NCBI GenBank assembly: GCA_043228905.1
Contig: JBHGNT010000001.1
Span: 20,398,001 to 20,462,000, forward strand
From: Azolla caroliniana
Lineage: Eukaryota > Plantae > Polypodiophyta
Reading direction: 5' to 3'
Length of the DNA: 64,000 nt
In this document: positions 61,289 through 64,000 of the stretch, piece by piece
Layout of the letters: every line of letters begins with the position of its first letter
Position numbering within the stretch: position 1 is the stretch's first letter
Position numbers and translations under genes: made by a program
The notes under the pieces: model-generated
Told to the model about the DNA's origin: nothing
The model's input: the letters and a program-made list of their open reading frames with translations, nothing else
Databases searched by the model: none

Positions 61289-63155
61289 CATATGTCGCCG
61301 TCGACAATGCCTCAGCCCAAAACTTCTTTGGTAGTTTCGCATGCACCATCATACTCCGGACCCTCTCCATTATAGTCCGATTCATCCTCTCGGCCAACCC
61401 GTTTAGTTCCGGTGTCTTCGGCACGGTAAATTCGAGCCGAATTCCCTTCAAGCAACAGTACTCCTCGAACTGCCCCCGATATTCCCCTCCGTTATCTGCT
61501 CGAACCGCCTTCAGCTTCCGGCCGGTTTCTCTTTCCACTCTCGCGTGGAGCTCTTTGAAGAAGGATAACACCTGATCCGTCATCTCCAACGGTGTGGCCC
61601 ACAACTTCCAGCTGTGGTCATCTATGAACGTCACGAAGTACTGCGATCCTGGATGTGACTTCGTGTCCACTTGACACACATCTGTGTGCACCAACTCCAG
61701 TGGCGCATTACGTCTCATCGGTGGCCTCGATCGGAAAGAGGTCCGGTTTTGTTTACCAGCCAGACAATCAGTGCACTTCTCCAAGTGCACGTTCTTTACT
61801 GCAATGAGATTGTCGTCTGCAAGCCTCTTCATCCCCTTCTCGCTCATGTGACACAACCTCTTGTGCCACAGCTCACCGGCAGTGTCGGATGCCACATTCA
61901 CTTCCTCCAGACATAACCGGGCATTCATCAGGTACAGGGTGTTGACCTTCCGGGCCCGAGCCACAATCAGGCTCCCTTTGCTGAACTTCATAACACCGTT
62001 TCGGATGCTAACCGTGTAGCCTTCATCATCTAGCCGACCGGCTGATATCAGGTTCAAACGAACCTCCGGAACGTGTCTGACATCCTTCAACAACAACTTG
62101 CATCCGGTTGGCGTTGTCAACCACACGTCTCCTATGCCGACAATTCGGCATGTACCTTCATTCCCCATCCGGACATAGCCGTGATCACCGGCTGAGTAGG
62201 ATGAGAAGCATTTCCGGTCCAGGGTAAGGTGGAACGACGCTCCGGAGTCGACCACCCAGGTCGTCTCGTCGCCGGCAAGGTTTAGCTCACTCTCCTCAGT
62301 GATGAGCATCAACTCTTCTTCACTTGCCGCGATTGCCATTGTTCCCTTCCGGTCCAGCCCCCTCCAGTCTTTACCGTTCCGGTCCGGTGTCTGCTTCGAA
62401 TAGGTACCGTCGGTTTCCTTGTCTTTTCGGAAATGCCGACAGTTCTTCTGGAAGTGTCCCGGCTTGCCACAATAGAAGCAAGTAGGCCTCCCCCTTGACT
62501 TTGACCGTGTCCCCAACTTCTCCCAGGTTCTGGGGGCTACGGTCCCTTTGTCTTCCGCGTTCCGATTCGGTAAGGAGCGCTTTGGAGTCGGAGCTCGTAT
62601 CCTTATCTTTCCGACGCGCCTCCTCATCTAGCAAGCTCGACTTTACTCTTGCTAGGGTAACTGTTTCTCTTCCGGCCCGGCGTTGCCCAAAGTGACAACC
62701 AACGTCTCCCAGCTATCCGGGAGGGAACCAAGCAGGAGTAGCGCTAGTACCTCGTCGGCGAGAAGTACTTCCAATGATGTTGCTTGGTGTATCAGCCCCT
62801 AGAAGGCATTCATGTGCTCTGCCATGCTGGAGCTATCTTGGTACCGGAGTCTTACTAGCGTTCGGAATAACGAAACCTGGTTAACAACATTTTTGTTCTG
62901 AAACATAATGTCGATCTTCTCCCAGAGCTCATGAGCCTTGCTCTCTTCATTGAAGTTGTTCTATAGGCTCATGTCGATGAAGCACCGCATGTGCATCACC
63001 TCCCATATCGTGGTGTCGATTTTGTCCGATCTCTTGTCCCCGAACTAAACCGGCAACCAAAGATCTTTAACCACGAGCATGTCCCTCATCTTCGACTTCC
63101 ACACTGAATAGTTGGAGCCGGTGAGCTTGAACATGCCGCCCAACGATTCGTCCAT
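61289..63155 (-). pseudogene. L gag, protease and integrase
   Basis: ATG at 63155 (MDESLGGMFKLTGSNYSVWK), CFYCGKPGHFQKNC, WVVDSGASFH and RADNGGEY in ORF 61278..62627. Confidence 0.92.
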
Positions 63156-63720
63156 CTTCTGTGTCGTTTCGCTCTGATACCACTTGACAGGAACTACACG
63201 CTCCTATGAACAACGCTCGGCCACAACCGAGCCTAAAATCAAACACAAAACGGATAATGAACGCATGACACAAAGGAGAGAAGAGTACACAGGATGTTTA
63301 ACGTGGAAAACACTGAGAGGGAAAAACCACAGGAGTTGACAGACTCCAAACTATCACTATATCACAATGATTACAATCAGTGAGCTCACGGAGGCAACGA
63401 CTTCGTGCTCACGATCTTCGCCACAGGCGGTGGTTACAATAGAGGCAACGACCTCTTCCTCTCTCTCTCTCTCTCTGTACACTGTTACGGGCTCACTAAT
63501 CTAGCGCCAACAAGATTGAAAACAACACTCTATGTCTGCCCTAAGTCATATTTATACTAATATGACTTTTCGGCTATTTACAAATATAGCCCTGATGGAC
63601 TCCTCAGAAAACATATTTACGAATATGTCCCTCCATCCGGTGAGCACTCCTCACCGGGCCTGCATCATCCGGCGCTTGCCGGGTACTCGTCATCCGGTTT
63701 TCACCGGGTCTTCCGTAGCC

Positions 63721-64000
63721 TCATACTTCTAATAACAATAGAACTCGATGTAGGGTTTTCATGGGCACTTACTTGGTATACTTGATGCCTAGGTTTATGT
63801 GGACAATTTATAGCTATATGTCCTAGACCGCCACAATATAGGCAGAGGCGATGCGCTCGACGTCAATGCTTCTTAGCATCTAATAACGGCCCACGAGGTT
63901 GTGTTGACTCTATTTCCATCGGAGTTGGGTCATCCCTTGTAATGGGTCTAGAAACTTGTGGAGGCGTTGCGACTACGGAAGCATAAGTCTACTCAGGTTG
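63721..64000 (-). pseudogene. Gag C-terminus of N with zinc knuckle
   Basis: Minus translation DDPTPMEIES...RGPL...RLCLYCGGLGHIAINCP. Confidence 0.8.

Larger units (their letters stand above)
52931..63720 (-). mobile_element. Element L: Tnt1/Tork-like Ty1/copia element inserted in N and interrupted by B
   Basis: LTRs 52931-53456 and 63185-63720 (outer end deleted). PBS tRNA-iMet 63171-63182, PPT 53457-53470. Confidence 0.92.
47985..64000 (-). mobile_element. Element N: Tcn1-like chromovirus running off the window end, interrupted by a MITE and by L
   Basis: 3' LTR 47985-48452 (TGTCA..TGACA), PPT 48453-48466, pol 48445-52900 and gag C-terminus 63721-64000. Confidence 0.85.

Overview
This window contains no recognisable host gene. 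It is a deeply nested cluster of mostly degenerate LTR retrotransposons, typical of plant heterochromatin. The host is probably a non-seed plant such as a moss (inferred from a Tcn1-like chromovirus and primer sites matching plant tRNAs). Reading LTR ends, primer-binding sites (PBS), polypurine tracts (PPT) and target-site duplications (TSD) by eye gives this layout, with letters as my own labels. A (<1-5359) is a non-chromo Ty3/gypsy element with an extra 3' ORF region. C (5486-~40000, minus) is a chromovirus containing D (7877-37849). D contains F (9915-32624). F carries copia H (10326-22517) in its 5' LTR and gypsy G (25304-32294) in its 3' LTR. H carries E (12037-17066) and solo LTR I (20930-21946). 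A scrambled zone of copia fragments follows (40-47.6 kb). Tcn1-like chromovirus N (47985->64000, minus) holds a hAT-type MITE and copia L, and L holds B, a deleted copy of the A family. The most notable signals are: (1) a tRNA-like A-box/B-box cassette placed antisense about 200-280 bp upstream of the TATA box in the LTRs of four different families; (2) a tRNA-Trp-primed gypsy lineage with 4-bp TSDs that are all centred on CG, a -1 frameshift with pseudoknot located after the protease, a covarying hairpin before the PPT, and gag-only derivatives; (3) a heat-shock-element array in the N LTR; (4) a conserved copia Pol C-terminal extension. All coordinates were counted manually and may be off by a few bases.
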